Numbered from the stretch's first letter, positions 11,711 to 29,332 are shown. The stretch: DNA of 64,000 nucleotides from Vicugna vicugna (GCA_013265495.1 MU058289.1:1795451-1859450), one strand, 5' to 3'. Notes: generated by a model not told the origin, from the sequence alone. A program made the numbers and translations.

Positions 11711-13117
11711 AGAATCAACAGCAGGCACGTTGTTTGTTAGAACCTGGTGAGTAACCAGCCAAGCACAGGCCACAAGTCCTTGCTGATACGTGCTGTGCAC
11801 TTAAGCCACGTGCAGACCCTGGCCCAGGTAAAAACCTCACCATTTGAATGTGTTCAGTATTTGGAAAATTGCTTAGAACCCAAGGGCTCAAAGCTGGTTT
11901 TGAAGTCTCTCCTCACATCCCCAGAATTGGGTATCTCAGCAGTGGCTGTGCGTGTCAGGTGCGCCCTCCCCCCGCCCCAGTCTCCTGGTCCTGATTACAG
12001 ATGCCCCCTCCTGCCGTTTGTGCTGCAGGCAGAGTCCTTTCCGGGTAACTGGGCTCTGTGGCTCTGTCACCCCACCTCTGTTCCTGTCTCTGGGATTTGG
12101 CTCCCCATCCTTCTTCTGGCCCCACCTCTGTAGGTGGGAACTCTCATTTCACTTAAATGGCCCAAGACATTTAGGAAGGTAAGGAGGGAGGGAGAGGGAG
12201 CCCTGGTTGAGCAGACTGGGCCCAGAGATCCTGGGCTGACCCAGGTTTCCCTGAGCTGTTGTGTCACTGAGCCTGGGAATGCCTTCCAGTCCGAGGCTCC
12301 CCTGCACCTGATGCACTGTGTCAGCAGGGTTGATGGGGGCGGCAACAATGTTGCCAGAGCCCGAGGGTCCCCCACCATGGAGGGGGCCAAAATGATGGCA
12401 ACCTTCTGGCCAAAGCCTGGTCCCTGCTTGTCAGATACCGTGGCCTCAGAGGGTTGACCTCCCGCCTCATCTGAAGGACGTAAGCCTGCCTCCTGGGCTC
12501 CCACCCGACACTGCACACCTGTCCAGAACCTTGTTCCCATCTCTGCCCTCCCATCCTCTGTCCCACCCCACGGCCTCCCTGGTACCTTCCTCTTCTAGAC
12601 TTAGGTAGTCGTCCTTTCCTAATCAGGGATGGCCGGTCTTGTTCATTCTCCTTGTTTCCTGCCGCCTGTGGTGGTCCTTCGCTCATCCATCTCCCTGTCA
12701 TCTGTCTCTTCAGTCTTGCTTGGTTGACTCCCCTGCAGCAGCCAGAGAGAGTGTGGTGTGTTATGGCCAAAATCAGACTATTCTGTGAGTCTATGGAAGG
12801 GAAGATAAATCAGCATAGTAAAGAGTTTCCCTTCCAGTCACACTCCTTAGGAGCACGATTTTCTAATTGTTTACAACTTCCAGACTATAAAACAGGAACG
12901 TGGGCAGTGCCAGCAAAATCCGTGAAGCAGCCCCTGTTTGCTTCTGTAATGTGACAGCCATTCCTTTAGCCTGTGAGGAATACTGATGGATGAAAGTGTT
13001 GACTGGCCAAAAGCCCTGGCTGGAGAAAGCAGAAGATGTAAACGTGAATGTCCTTTTACAGCAAAAGGAGCATCTTTCAGGACAGACACCAATGCCCAGT
13101 GCAGGGAAGATGACTTA

Positions 13118-13469
13118 ATTTTCATATTCTTTTTCACCATAAGTTACTACGAGATATTGAATATAGTTCCCTGTGCTATACAGTATAAACTTGCTGTTTA
13201 TCTATTTTATATGTATCAGTTAGTATCTGCAAATCTTGAACTTCCAATTTATCCCTTCCCACCCCCTTCCTCCCTGGTAACCATAATAACCATAAGTTTG
13301 TTTTCTATGTCTGTGAGTCTGTTTCTGTTTTGTAAATAAGTTTGTCTTTTCTTTTTTTTTTTTTAGATTCTACATATAAGTGATATCATATGGTATTTTT
13401 CTTTCTCTTTCTGGCTTACTTCACTTAGAATAACAATCTCCAGGTCCACCCATGTTGCTGCAAATGGCA
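13118..13469 (-). mobile_element. Camelid-type L1 3'UTR fragment lacking poly(A)
   Basis: Near-identical to the 3'UTR segments at 5.8-6.1 kb and 29.4-29.8 kb (atatagttccctgtgctataca...catgttgctgcaaatggca). Confidence 0.85.
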
Positions 13470-15094
13470 ACTTTCCTGTATGCTTAGAATCAATTATAAT
13501 GTTAAAAAAGAGAATGGAGGCACGCAGTCAACAGGTTAAGTGAAAGAGTGACAGGAGTTTCATTAGAAATTAGAACCTCCACCTATGGACACCCACCCCT
13601 TTCCTCCTGTCCCCCTTCTGTCGTGCTAACCCAGGCTACAGTCCAGCTCAGCGGTCAGAGTAGGAAGTTATAATCTTTATTCAAAACTCCTAAAACAATA
13701 TGGCATCTGTCTGGTCAAACAAAAATATAAGAATTTCTTTCTCATAGAACACGTATGCATTTTCTTTTGCTCCATCAGAGGAAAGGAAATGGATACATGT
13801 GACTTCACATGCACTTCTGCTCTAGAGCAGCCAGACAGTTTCCCTGAGATGCTATCTGTAAACAGAAGTTACTTGTTGCCATGCATTTCTGCTCTCAAGT
13901 TTTTTTTCCCCCTTTGCCCGTTCCTAGACTTGAGCAAAGCCAGTCTAGCTAAGAAATAAGTGAATTATTTTTAGTTTTTTCATGAACTCTCCTTCCTTTG
14001 GCCCAAGGCCCACTGGACCATCAAAGGGATTTTAATACTAAGGTTGGGATAGGAGAAGAGTCTTTGCTGGACCACTTATCTCCATGCTTGCCCCTTCCCA
14101 GCTAGAACCCTGGGCACTCTCAGGAGTCTGGAAGCCCTTGCTCTTATTTATTGGGGCTTTACAAGGAACATATTACTTCTCAGACGTCCCCAAGGTACTT
14201 CATATTCAGCACCTTTCAACAGAGACCTCTGTAATCTCCTCCTTGGAGAGGGTCACTTGAGCCAGAAGCCCTGAAGTCCTCCTTGACTCCTCCTCCTATT
14301 CATCCTTCTCCCTGTCACTTACCCACCCTTTCAAATCTTATCCTCAGTATATTCCAAATGGAAGGTTTATTTTTCCCTAAATAGGCTTGGGGCTGACAGC
14401 CCTAGTCTGAGGGTGGGTGATCTTTGCTCAAGCCTTACATACATAAGAAAAATCTTCCTTGCAAAGCACCAGCCTCTGTTGCCAGCCTCCACAGCATCCC
14501 TTTCTCGGCCCCACCTCAAGGCAAAGTAGTTGTGCAGGGATATGAAAGTGTGACCTCTCCGGAGTCCCTCCTTGGAGCCTGTCCTTTTCTGGAAGACAGA
14601 TGCAAAGAAACAACAGTGCAGCAGAAAAAAAATTAACCCCAGATAAGCAATAATTCAAAATTTGTGCTCATCCCTTCTTTTTCCCTCAGCTCCCCATAAT
14701 CTAAGCAGTAGAATGGATTTCCCTTCTCTTCTCCTGCCCCTCCTGTCAGGGTGGGAATGACACTGGGGATGGGGACCAAAGTGATCCTCAGTTTGCAAGC
14801 AGGATTATTTCTGTTCCTGCCTCTCTCCCTGATAAGATTAACTCCCCTCGTGGCTGAAAAGGAGTCAGGAGACATGAAGGAGAAGCAATATATCCTTAGG
14901 GGAGAAATCTCTGGCATCTCTGTCTGAAAGAAGAGCTTGCCATCTTTCGAGGAGGATTAGATCTCGCCTGCCACACTTGTCATGCATGTTTTCAACTGCA
15001 GTCTGGCCTTCAATTATTGTTATTTTCACTTGAGGTGTTCCAAGTGTTGATGATTTGGTTCCATCCCTTTCTGGGATTTGCGATTAAAACTAGG

Positions 15095-16368
15095 TCTTCA
15101 TAAACCTAAATGTAAAATGCAAAACTATAAAACTCTTAGGAGATAACCTGGGAGAAAATCTTCATGCCCCTTGGGCTTGGCAATGGCTTTTTAGATATAG
15201 CACCAAAAGCATGATCCATTAAAGAAAGAATTGATAAGTTGGAGTTCATTAAAATTAAAAACTTCCGCTCTGTGAAAGACACTGTTAAGAGAATGAAAAA
15301 CAAACCAGAAAATCTTTGCAAAGCACATATCTGATAAAAGACTCCTATCTAAAATATACAAAGAACTCTTTAAAGTCAACAACAAGAAAACAAACAACCC
15401 AATTTAAAAACGGACCAAAGATCTTACCAGACACCCCACCAAAAAATAGCAAAAGAAAATATGAAAATATGCTCACCAGGGAATTGCAAATTAAACCGAC
15501 AGTAAGATACTACTACACGCCTATTAGAACGGCTAGGATCTAAAACACTGACAGCACCAAATACTGATGAGCTACGGGAACTCCAATTAATTGCTGGAGG
15601 GAATTCAAAATGCTACATACAGCCACTTTGGAAGGCAACTTGGCAGTTTCTTACAAAACTAAATGTACTCTTACCATATGATTCAATAATTATGCTGCTT
15701 GGTATTTACTCAAATGAGTTGAAAACTTATGTCCACCCCAAAACCTACACATGAATGTTTATAGCAGCTTTATTTATAACTGCCAAAATTTGAAACCAAC
15801 CAAGCTATCCTTCATTAGGTTACTGGATAAACAAACTGTGGTACATCCATGGAATGGAATATTATGCAGCACTTCAAAGAAATCAACTATGGGGCCATGA
15901 AAAGACATGGAGGAACCTTAAATGTAAATTTTGAAGTGAAAGAAGATAATCCAAAAAGGTTACATGCTGTATAATTCCAACTCTATGATATTTTGGAAAA
16001 GACAAAACTAGGAAAAAGTAACAAGATTGGTGATTTTCAGGGTTCAGGGGAAGAACAGATAGGGAAGAATGAATAGGTAGTGCACAGGAGTTTTTATAGG
16101 GCAGTGAATGTATTCTGTATGATACTGTAATCGTGGAGACATGTGACAACCCATAAAAAGAATGAACCTTCATGTAAATGATGTAACTAATAGTTAATAA
16201 TGATGTATCACTATTGGCTTATCAGTTATAACAAATGTAGCACATGAATGCAATGTTAATAGGGGAAACTGTGAGGGAGTATGAGAACCCTCTGTACTTT
16301 CTACTCAAGTTTTCTGTAAACCAAAAACTGCTCTTTATAAAATAAAGTTGATTAATTAAAAAAAAAAG
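15095..16368 (+). mobile_element. Old L1 (L1M-type) ORF2 C-terminal region and 3'UTR
   Basis: Decayed ORF2 remnants (RELQIKPTVRYYYTPIRTARI in ORF 15316..15543), 3'UTR and A-rich end. Confidence 0.85.
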
Positions 16369-16544
16369 TTTCTTAAGGGCCAAGGGCCTCCTAGAGCTCT
16401 CCTTGTTGTAGCTGAGGTACAAAGCAATTTTTGGATATTTCAGATGGACTCTTAGCATCAATCAAAACCACACATTTGTTAGGGGTTCTGGCATGCTTGC
16501 CCAAACAATTTTAAACTCTAGTGATAAAGAATATGAAATTTCAA

Positions 16545-16958
16545 GAATGAAATAATGCCATTTGCAGCAACGTAAATGGACCTAGAGATTATCATATCAA
16601 GTAAAGTAAGTCAGAAAGAGAAAGACAAATATCATATGATATCACTTCTATGTGGACTCTAAAAAGAAAATGACACAAATGAACTTGTTTACAAAACAGA
16701 AACAGACTTGACATAGGAAACAAACTTATAGGTACCAAAGGGGAAAAGGAGCGGGGAGAGATAAATTAGGAGTTTGAGATTTGCAGATACAAGCTGCTAT
16801 ATATAAAACAGATAACAACCAGGTCCCACTGTTTAGCACAGGGAACTGTATTCAATACCTTGTAATAACCTGTAATTAAAAAAGAATATATATATAAATG
16901 TATGACTGAATCACTATGCTGCACACCAGAAACTAACAAACAACATTGTAAATCAATT
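16545..16958 (+). mobile_element. L1 3' end fragment
   Basis: aataatgccatttgcagcaac...gagtttgagatttgcagatac...tagcacagggaact...cattgtaaatcaa. Confidence 0.85.
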
Positions 16959-17276
16959 GTCAGACAGCCTGTGCCCATCACAGAAATGTCAAGTGCGGGG
17001 CTCCTGCTCTTTGATGGTGGACAAGCTGTCTGCCCTCCTGAACTCAGCCTGCTCCTCTGGAAGAGAGGGAGACATCAGCCGTGGCCAGCTCTCAGGAGGA
17101 TTACTGTGAGACTAAAGTGACTTTTCTGAGTGCACTTGAATCCATTGCAAACTCCCTATTAGAGCTAAGAGGGAATCTTCCCCTTCTGTAATTGGATGTA
17201 CCATGGAGATTTTGGTTTGCCAGTTTCTCTCCATTAGATTACCAGCCTTTTAAAAAAAGACCGGAGAACAGGAACC

Positions 17277-17349
17277 AGCCTCCCTTCCTTCCTTTTCTCC
17301 CTCCTTCCTTCCTTCCTTCCTTCTCTCCCTCCTTGCTTCCCATCTTCCT
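17277..17349. repeat. (CCTT)n-like low-complexity repeat
   Basis: Degenerate ccttccttccttc run. Confidence 0.8.
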
Positions 17350-18049
17350 ATATTTTGTTATTTTCTCTGGTGACAAACCATAGTACCCAAGCTAAGCTGG
17401 GACCAGGCAGGAGCTCAGGTCCTAGACAGGGATGGATGTTGTTGTCTGCCGTGTTCTGGATTTCCTCAAGGGAAACATAGGTTGGCTACTTACTCCATTT
17501 TATTTTATTTTTTAATTGAGAGATGATTTTTTTACTTTGAAAGCCAATGACATTCATCCATTGCCACATTTCTAGATCCAAGGTTGAAAGGACAGCATTT
17601 TCAGAGATGACTGTGTAAAGCAGCAGGTGTGTGCAAAAGTATTGGGGAAAAAAATATGTGAGGACAGCATTTTAAAGTCTACTTCTGAAGCACTCAGAAA
17701 GCATGTTTATAGGCACTGCACAAGTCTTGAGGGATTGCTTCAGGGAAATTGCATCTTAGCAATGACTGAATCTCCACATCCAGGGACCGAGGAACAGATT
17801 AAACCTGTGCCTTAGTCAGGTACTCTTGGGGAGGAGGGACAGCTTAATGACTCGGGGACAGCAGCACCGGCAGCATTGCCCTGACCAGCAGAGCTCCCAA
17901 ATGTATCTCACGCCTCCGCATAGCCTCTGGCAAGAGCCTCTAGTATCATTGCACACATGCAGCAGAGTGACCGTCGGAACCGACAGGTGTGAATAATGAT
18001 TGTTTCTCTATCAAAATATCAAACTTTTTATAATTCTGAAGATACTTTT

Positions 18050-21880
<3,831 letters not shown>

Positions 21881-21954
21881 ATCCATTCAAAACCATGAAA
21901 ACCATGAATTTGCACTGATAATTCCAATCGTCATCTAATCCTAAAGACTTCTAT

Positions 21955-22040
21955 GTTCATTTGGTAGGGCTGCCATAACAAAATACCACAGGGTGCCTTA
22001 AACAACAGATATTTCATTTCTCACAGTCTTGCAGGATGGA
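21955..22040 (-). mobile_element. MaLR MLT1 fragment
   Basis: agggctgccataacaaaataccaca...cttaaacaacaga...tttctcacagt. Confidence 0.65.
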
Positions 22041-22211
22041 AGATGAACAGATATGTGATAAAGCAAGTATAGTAAATACTAATTGTGGAATATGCATGGA
22101 TGTTCACTGTACAATTCTTTTAATTTTTCTGTATATTTGAAAATTTTTACAATAGACTATTGGTAAGGGAGGAAAGAATAGGAACCACTGTGAATAATAG
22201 AAAAAGTGCTA

Positions 22212-22440
22212 GCTAGCATTTATCATGTATTACAGTGGGCTGGGCCTTGTGCCAAGCACTTTTATAATCATCTCATTTAACTTTCTCAACAGCCCCGTAT
22301 TATTATTTTCTGGTGCTATTATTTTATAGCTAAGAAATCTGAGGCTGAGAGTTAAGTCCCTTATCTACGGTAACAATGCTTGTAAATAGAGGCAAGGCTC
22401 CGATTCAGGTAGGTGTGATTCCATAACTGATGCTCTGAAC
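22212..22440 (-). mobile_element. MIR SINE
   Basis: agcatttatc...tgtgccaagcacttt...atctcatttaa...attttatagctaagaaatctgaggct. Confidence 0.7.
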
Positions 22441-22959
22441 TCCCTCAGATCTAGAACTCCAGCATTCCTGTCCACCTTCCATCTGTTTCTTTGATAAAAA
22501 GAGAAAAGTTGAAACCCAATAAATGGCTTCGAGCGACTCCTTGAGTTTTACACTTATCCAGTATGGGATTGTATTTTTTATAGAAGGAAAAAATAAACTT
22601 CTTATTTAAGTTCTCTTCCTTCAGGGATGGGATCGTCTCCCTCCCAGCAATCTTGCCAGTTGTGCCTTCTTTTCCACGTGCTCAGAAAACAATGAGTTGT
22701 CATGTTTACCGACTCCATGTGTTCTTGCTGTGCTCTGAAGGCAGCAGAGGCTCTTTTTATGCATGAGAACACTGTGAGACCCAGAGACTTTAAAGAAGTT
22801 GATCAAGGTCACACAGGATTAGGGGACAGGGCAGATCTCGCTCTCGTGTCTCCTGATGCCGAGTTTGGGGTGTTGGACCTGAGTTTCTCTTAACTAGTCT
22901 CCAAGCTGATTTCTGTCTAAACCGAGCCTGGCAATAAACCATCACTTGCTCTGAAAGCC

Positions 22960-24360
22960 CCGTGGTTACTGTGGGTATTTTCCAGACAGTCGTACTTCCG
23001 GATCAGCACTCCTCGCCTGGCATAATTCCCGAAGAGCTTCCGAGCGGCGAGCTGGGATTTGAGCCAGTCGTCGACAAGCGGTCTTGGTCACCTGCGCTCC
23101 TTCCCCCAAAGGGCTATTTTCTTTCCAGGTTTCCGTTTTCACAGAAGGCCTGTAAAACGTCCGGATGTCCCATCCTATGCTGCACTGTGACCCTAGAAGA
23201 GCCTTGGCAGATACCTGGGGGTGTCGATCTTCCCCAGCAGGAAAGGGCCCCTGTTCTGCAGAGATGAGGCCCCGGGAGGCAGTGCTCTCCCGCCGCGCAG
23301 CAGGGCCGCTGCCTGGGCAGGGGCCAGCCTCCCTCGTGCCCTGACACTCCCGGGGTGGAGCTGGAGGCCCCGCGTGAGCCGGCTGACCAGATGGTCTCAA
23401 ACCCCAGAGACCCTGGCGGGCACTGGCAGCCCCCAGACCCGCCCGTATTCAGCCGGGCCTTCCTTATGGGCCTCGGGCGAGGCCTGGGTCCCGACGCCAC
23501 ACGGCTCGGCACTGGCACCCCATTTGGAGGCTGCGGCCCACGGAGGTGGAGTGACTGGGCCGAGGCCGTCCAGCCCCACCCTGGGCCCGGAGGCGCGGCG
23601 CTCGCAGCCCATGCGGGGCAGGCGGGGCTGGGGTCCCGCCGGAGCACCCCCGGAGCCGCCGTCCGAGGCTCCCGTCTCCGCCTGGGGTCGCCTGAGCACT
23701 GCGGCTCCAGAAGGCTGCTCGGAGCGATTGGGGGAAGGGGGAAGAAGCAGCTGCGCCGCGACTGCTTGCGGCCGGAGCCCGAGGCGGGGGTCGGTTTCTT
23801 GGCAACGGGGCCCCTGCTCGGGTCGGACCCTCCCCCTCCTGGTCGGTCTCCCCTCCCCCATTGAAGCTCCGCGGAGTCAGAGCCCGGGGACCGGAGGCGG
23901 AGCCCAGGTGGCCGGTGGTGGGGCCCGGGGGCGCGACCGGCGTGGGAGGGGGTGACCTCGGCGTTGCCCAGCTGCGGGCCGACGCTTCCCTGACTGCGGC
24001 GGGGCTGCGCGGCGGGGAACCCGGAGGGCCCGGCGGGGCGCAGTGGGTGGGGGGGCAACAAGTCTGTTTCCGCCCGGGCTCCGCCCGCTCCAGCAGAAAC
24101 GAGTCTTTCCGGTGGGGCTGCCCAGCCGGGTCCACCCCGCCCAGCCTCCCGGAACCCGCCCGGAGACGTGCACGACCCCGCCCCGGCCGAGGGCGAGACC
24201 AGGCCGGAGGGTGGAGCCGCTGGAGAGGCGAGAGAGCCGGGATCGTGGGTTCCAGGACTGCGAGTTCCAGGCTCCCTCTTAATGATCCGGTGGGTCCCCA
24301 GGGGGACCCTGACAGAGGGTTTTGGAAGAGCTTCCTGGGTAATTCTGCTAATCGAGGCTC
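22960..24360. promoter_or_regulatory. CpG island, probable promoter or promoter-like element
   Basis: Very GC-rich with dense CpG against CpG-poor flanks; ATTGG (CCAAT) 23727-23731, GC-box gaggcggggg 23781-23790, X-box-like GTTTCTTGGCAAC 23794-23806. Confidence 0.85.
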
Positions 24361-25879
24361 CACTTAGCTTATTATTACCTTACAGCTGGGGAAACTGAGG
24401 CACAGACTGTCCCAAAGCTGCACCATGAGTTAGCAAATCACAAGGAAGCCAAGTGAAAGCCTACGAGGAGTCTACCCGACAGAGGCCGGGATTTTTCCCA
24501 GGGCCTGAGTCCTGAGGGTCTGGGGTAGACAAGAGGGACCAGGGACTCTGGAAGGCCTGGGTACCCGCTGCCACAAGAGCTTCTCGGAGCTGACCGAACT
24601 GGATCACCGCGAGGGTCCCCAGCCTTACGAAATTAATGAGGAAGATGCCTTTCTCTCCTCAGCCGAGGAGCAGAGACTCCATTTAACCTCCACAGACATC
24701 AGGACAGGGACCATTTTCCCTCCCAGCCTGGCGCCAGCATGAACCCGAGGGCATGTCAACAGGAGCCAGGAACTGGAGGCGAAGCATCCTTCATTTCCTC
24801 GGCGGCAGTGGAACAAGTGAGGTCTCCGATTGCCAGAGTCTGGCTTTTCAAAATCGCAGCATGCTGAGACCCAAAGCCGGGGTACCCTGCAGGTTTCTTT
24901 TATCTGCTCAACCTTGAGTCAGACTTGAAATCAGCATTTGATCAAGAAACTTGGTCAGTTTCTCAAAATGCAAAATCAATCCCCGATTTTACTTTTCTAC
25001 TCGGCATTTCCTTGGGATATTCTCGGTTCTGGGAATGAAAGATTATAAACTATTGTCTTAAATTCTGTTCTGATTAGCATCCTTTCTCAATTCAGAATTT
25101 CCCTGGAGCCAGATCTTTGCAGCTTCAGGATTATGACTTTTTAAAAACATAATTTTGATGAATTTTTATCTGTTCCCTAAATTAGAAACTCCCTTAATTA
25201 CAGGAGAAAACATTTTCAAAGAGAAAGGGTAGACCGTTAGAGCAAGCCCTAGAGCAACGCTTCTAAAGAAAATCTCAGGGCAGGCAGGTCCTCTGAACCA
25301 AGGGAGATGGTCTTTTCTGCAGCTGTCAGGCCCACCGTCTTTCAGTTAACTCTTGACTAAAAAATAAGGAGTAAATGAAGATTTGCTTAAAGTTGTTCGT
25401 CCTCCTGCAGAGGATTCTAACTTGAGAGAAAGCATAGTTTTGGTTAAATTGTTTTAAAATTGGGCTTGGGTGGCCAGATGGTAGCAGAGGGGAAATTACA
25501 CTTTATTAAAGAATTTCCAGCTAATAAATAAAGAGTGATGGAACATCACCATTTTGTATCCCTACGGGAATGAATGGATCTAGGCATGATCAGCTGTGGC
25601 TACTAACATCATGAAAAGGGAGAACCCACGTGATGTGGTAACGGAAAAACTCAGCACCAACTGTGAAGTCATTTTGACCCTCGTACCCCCTGCCCCACCA
25701 CATGAATCAAACCCGCATCCGATCAAGATCTGATCTGGATCAACAACGCTATGAGAACATCATCAAAACTGTCCATATACTGTGAAACTACAAATGACCC
25801 AGTTCTCCAATAAGCTATTGCAAGGAAAACAGTCACATTTAGATTCTAAATCAAATAATTGATTTTTTAAAAAAGTGAT

Positions 25880-25999
25880 GGGGGAAGGATATAGCTCAAG
25901 TGGTAGAGTGCATGCTTAGCATACACAAGGTCCTAGGTTCAATCCCCAGTACATCCTCTAAAAATAAATAAATAAGTAAACGTAATTACCACCCCCCTC
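25880..25999 (+). mobile_element. Vic-1-like tRNA-Ala-derived SINE inside an old L1M fragment
   Basis: ggggaaggatatagctcaagtggtagagtgcatgcttagcat...ggttcaatccccag; (taaa)n tail; TSD aaaaagtga at 25870-25878 and 26000-26008. Confidence 0.9.
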
Positions 26000-27468
26000 A
26001 AAAAGTGACATTCACAGGACGCTTGTAAATTTGAACACTGATGGTGTATTTGATATTTTAAAAGTATTATCACGTTATTTCAGAATGATAATATTATACT
26101 TATTTTTTAAAGTATTTAAAATATTTTAACATATTTTTCATGTATTTTGGAAATACGTGCTGAAATATTTACAGATGAAATGGTATGATATCTGGAGTTA
26201 TTTTGAAATTGTTTTATGTAGAAGTAAGAAAAGTGGGTGAAGGCATAGATGGAAAGAGGTTGCACATTAGTAATGAGTATATGGTGGTTCATTATATCAT
26301 TCTTTTTATTTTGTATTATGTTTGAATTTTTTTTATCTTTTACTTTTTGCAGGGTATTCTCAACCTTGGGAACTGGCATTGAAGCCTGACTAAATTGTCT
26401 GGGATGGAAGTCAGGATGACCGGCCTGTGTCTCTGCTCTGTGACTTTGCATTTGTCAATTTCCACTTGTCCATTCAACAAACATTATGGAGGACCTTCTA
26501 TCTGCTTGAGTGTCTGAAATTATGGAGCTCACACTTTAGATTAAAAAATGACAAAGAGGGAAGCCACCAAGTGGGAGTGTGGAAGGCTCTGCAGAAGAAT
26601 TGATGTTTGATGTAAGTCCTTACAGATGAAAAGATGTCAGTTCCTGTTCTGTAAGATGAGATGGTCAGACTAGATCTACAAGGACGACCCATTTAATCCT
26701 AATAGATTCTGTGGTTATAACCTGCCCATCACCAACTTTTTCTTCTCCGTGTGTCCCTCCAGGGGGTTAACAGACCTGTATCGACTTCCTGTCATCATCT
26801 TTTATTTTGTTACTTGAAGCAATCCACCTTGAGCTGTTGTCTTGGGTCTCCCATTTGTGTTGAGAGGCCAAAGCATTATCATGTTAGCCCCTCTATAACC
26901 TTCTTAGGGAATGGTGTCTTGGGCTCCAAGATTTATTTCCATCCATCTAGTTCCCAAGGCATTTCACTTAGTAAACTTAGCTGTACATTTGATAGTAGTT
27001 ATGCCCAGCCTTGGTGATAAGTCCTGTTTGCTCATCAGAATATGAGTGCCTGTAGCCAGTCCCCTCAGCCTTCCCACCTGCTCTATCTTCCCTCTTTTCT
27101 TATAGGACATGCAATTCAGCATACAGCATGCAGCCTGGCCTTCGGGTTACCCAGTTCATCCTGATACTCTGCCGAAACAGGTTGAACTTTGTACTTTAAT
27201 GACCTTTTCACTCATGTGACATGGGCCATCTGTTGGGGCAAAGCTTAAAGCAGCAGTTGTCATTTGACAAGTAGTTGGCAGTATCACATCTCTCCTGTGT
27301 TATAGAAAGTTGTCTTCTGTTTTCATCTTCTCAGCTTTTATGGATGTTTGTACTTTAAAAGAACAATTTCTGAAACTTTTAGAGAAGTGAGATAAGACTC
27401 TACATTTGTTTGCTGTATGTTCGTTGAATGAGTTTGCCTAGGCTATGATACTGAGATACATTGTCTTC

Positions 27469-27597
27469 TTTTTTAGGGGGAGGGGTGCTGGGTAATTAGG
27501 TTTATTTATTTATTTATGTAATGGAGGTACTGGGTATTGAACCCAGGACCCCGTGTGTGCTAAGCACGCGCTCTACCACTGAGCTATGCCCTCCCCC
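27469..27597 (-). mobile_element. Vic-1-like SINE
   Basis: Reverse complement gggggagggcatagctcagtggtagagcgcgtgcttagcac...gggttcaatacccagtacctcc; (taaa)n and cctaattacc tail; degenerate TSD ttgtcttc/ttatcttc. Confidence 0.9.
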
Positions 27598-28144
27598 TGT
27601 TATCTTCATAGGGACCTGGCAGCATCTGGCAGCATGATCCAGAGCCTGGCAGAGGGCTGGGAATGCTAGCAGCTCCTCTAATTCTTACCACTATAAACCA
27701 AAGATATACTTCACTGTGGGAAAAGTATTGGGAAATTAGCTGTGATATATCGTATGTTTCCAGTGACTGCTCAAAACTTCTTATACTAATTTAGTTAGAA
27801 TAATTTCCCTTAATAGAAAACTATAATTTTCTACTTTTTCCAATCAGTTGAACCAATTTGGACTTTTTTTTTAGCCACCCATATGGAATGTATTACACCA
27901 AAGCTTTTACCCTAAACCTTAATTTTTGTGCTAACCATCATTATAGCTGAGGAATTATGCTAAGGGAATAGTTGAGACCTCTACTTCTGGCTCTGGAACA
28001 CCAGCCTGGATCAAACCAAACCTCCCACCTCAAGCAAGAAGAACAGCTGTATAATTTGAAAAACCTGTCTGACAGTGAGAACTTGAGAGGGCAAGATGCT
28101 GGAGAGAACAGAAAAATAGAAAGGTGAGCCTGACCTCTGACTCC

Positions 28145-28523
28145 ATTTTAGTCAGCTTGGGTTATAAAATAAAATACCGTAGACTGGATGGCTTAAGCAG
28201 CAGACATTTATTTCTCATAGTTATGGAGGCTAGAAGTCCAAGAGCAAGGTGTTGGCAGATTTGGTTGTTGGTGAAGGCCCTCTTCCTGGTTGGCAGATGG
28301 CCAGCTTCTCTCTGTGTCCTCAAATGGCAGAGAGAGGAAACTGTTGTGTCCCTTCCTCATCTTATAAGAGCACTAATCCAAAATCATGTTGGCTTCACCC
28401 TGGTGACCCCATCTGAACCTAATTACCTTCCCAAGGCTTCATTTCCTTATACCATCACATTGGGGGTTAGGGATTCAGTATATGAACTATGAGTGGTGAG
28501 GCACAAATACTTAGTACATAACA
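28145..28523 (-). mobile_element. MaLR MLT1A-like solo LTR
   Basis: ttagtcagcttggg...tagactggatggctta...tggaggctagaagtccaag...acctaattacct...ccatcacattgggggttagg. Confidence 0.85.
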
Positions 28524-29332
28524 ACATTATTATTCCCCTCAAGGCATATACCCCTAAGAGCAGTGACTTAAAGCCCAAGAAGCTGAGCAAAGCTTTGGCA
28601 ATCTCAGAGAGTCCACGGTAATATCCTAGGCTCTTGGTGAGGACCTCTGAAAGGTTATACCAGCAGTAAGGGCAAATCCAAAAAGGATCAGCTCTCACAA
28701 AGGAACAGCTTTGACTCAAACCAGACTAAGATGGTCTGACTCTTTACTAACTGTGTTATGAAAGCAGAAGAAAATCTCTGGAGAAAGGTAGCATCATCCA
28801 CAGTACTGCATGGGTTCTATAATTTTTCATATACAGCATGTAGCACATGATCAAAATTTACTAAGCGTACCAGGAGGCAAGACCAAATCACTATAAACCA
28901 AGAGAAGAAATAGATAATAGATACTGAGTCATAGGAAATCCAGTTATTGGAGTTATCAGATATAGACAGATATAGATAGACTAACCTCTGACTGAGGCAT
29001 TCAAGGAGATAAAAGGCAAAATGGAAGATTCCAACAGAGAATAGAAATATATTAAAAAAAAAGAATCAATGGAAAGTGTATAACTGAAAAAGTATAATTA
29101 AAAATAAGAACGTATTAGATGAGTTAAGAGCAGATTAGACACAGATGAAGAAAGGAGTCGTGAATTGGTAGATATTAGAAAAATATCTGAAAAGAAGCAC
29201 AAAGGGATAAAAGGATGGAAAATACAGAAAGGGTATCTCGTATTTTGGATATAGTGAAAAGGTTTTAGCATAATTGTAATTGATGTCCCAGAAGAAGACA
29301 CACAGGGAGAGAATTAAACAGAAGCAATATTT

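Noticed and set aside
23114..24367. Long overlapping ORFs (315, 299, 244 aa and others) in the CpG island
   Set aside because: P/G/A/R-rich, on both strands and in several frames; expected from stop-codon scarcity in GC-rich DNA; no recognisable domain
25880..25960. tRNA-Ala gene (also 10900-10976, 27525-27597, 37890-37970)
   Set aside because: tRNA-like heads carry A-rich tails, TSDs and stem mismatches, so they are SINEs
27085..27200. Strong acceptor ctcttttcttatag at 27105 as an exon start
   Set aside because: No convincing donor downstream; isolated acceptors are common by chance
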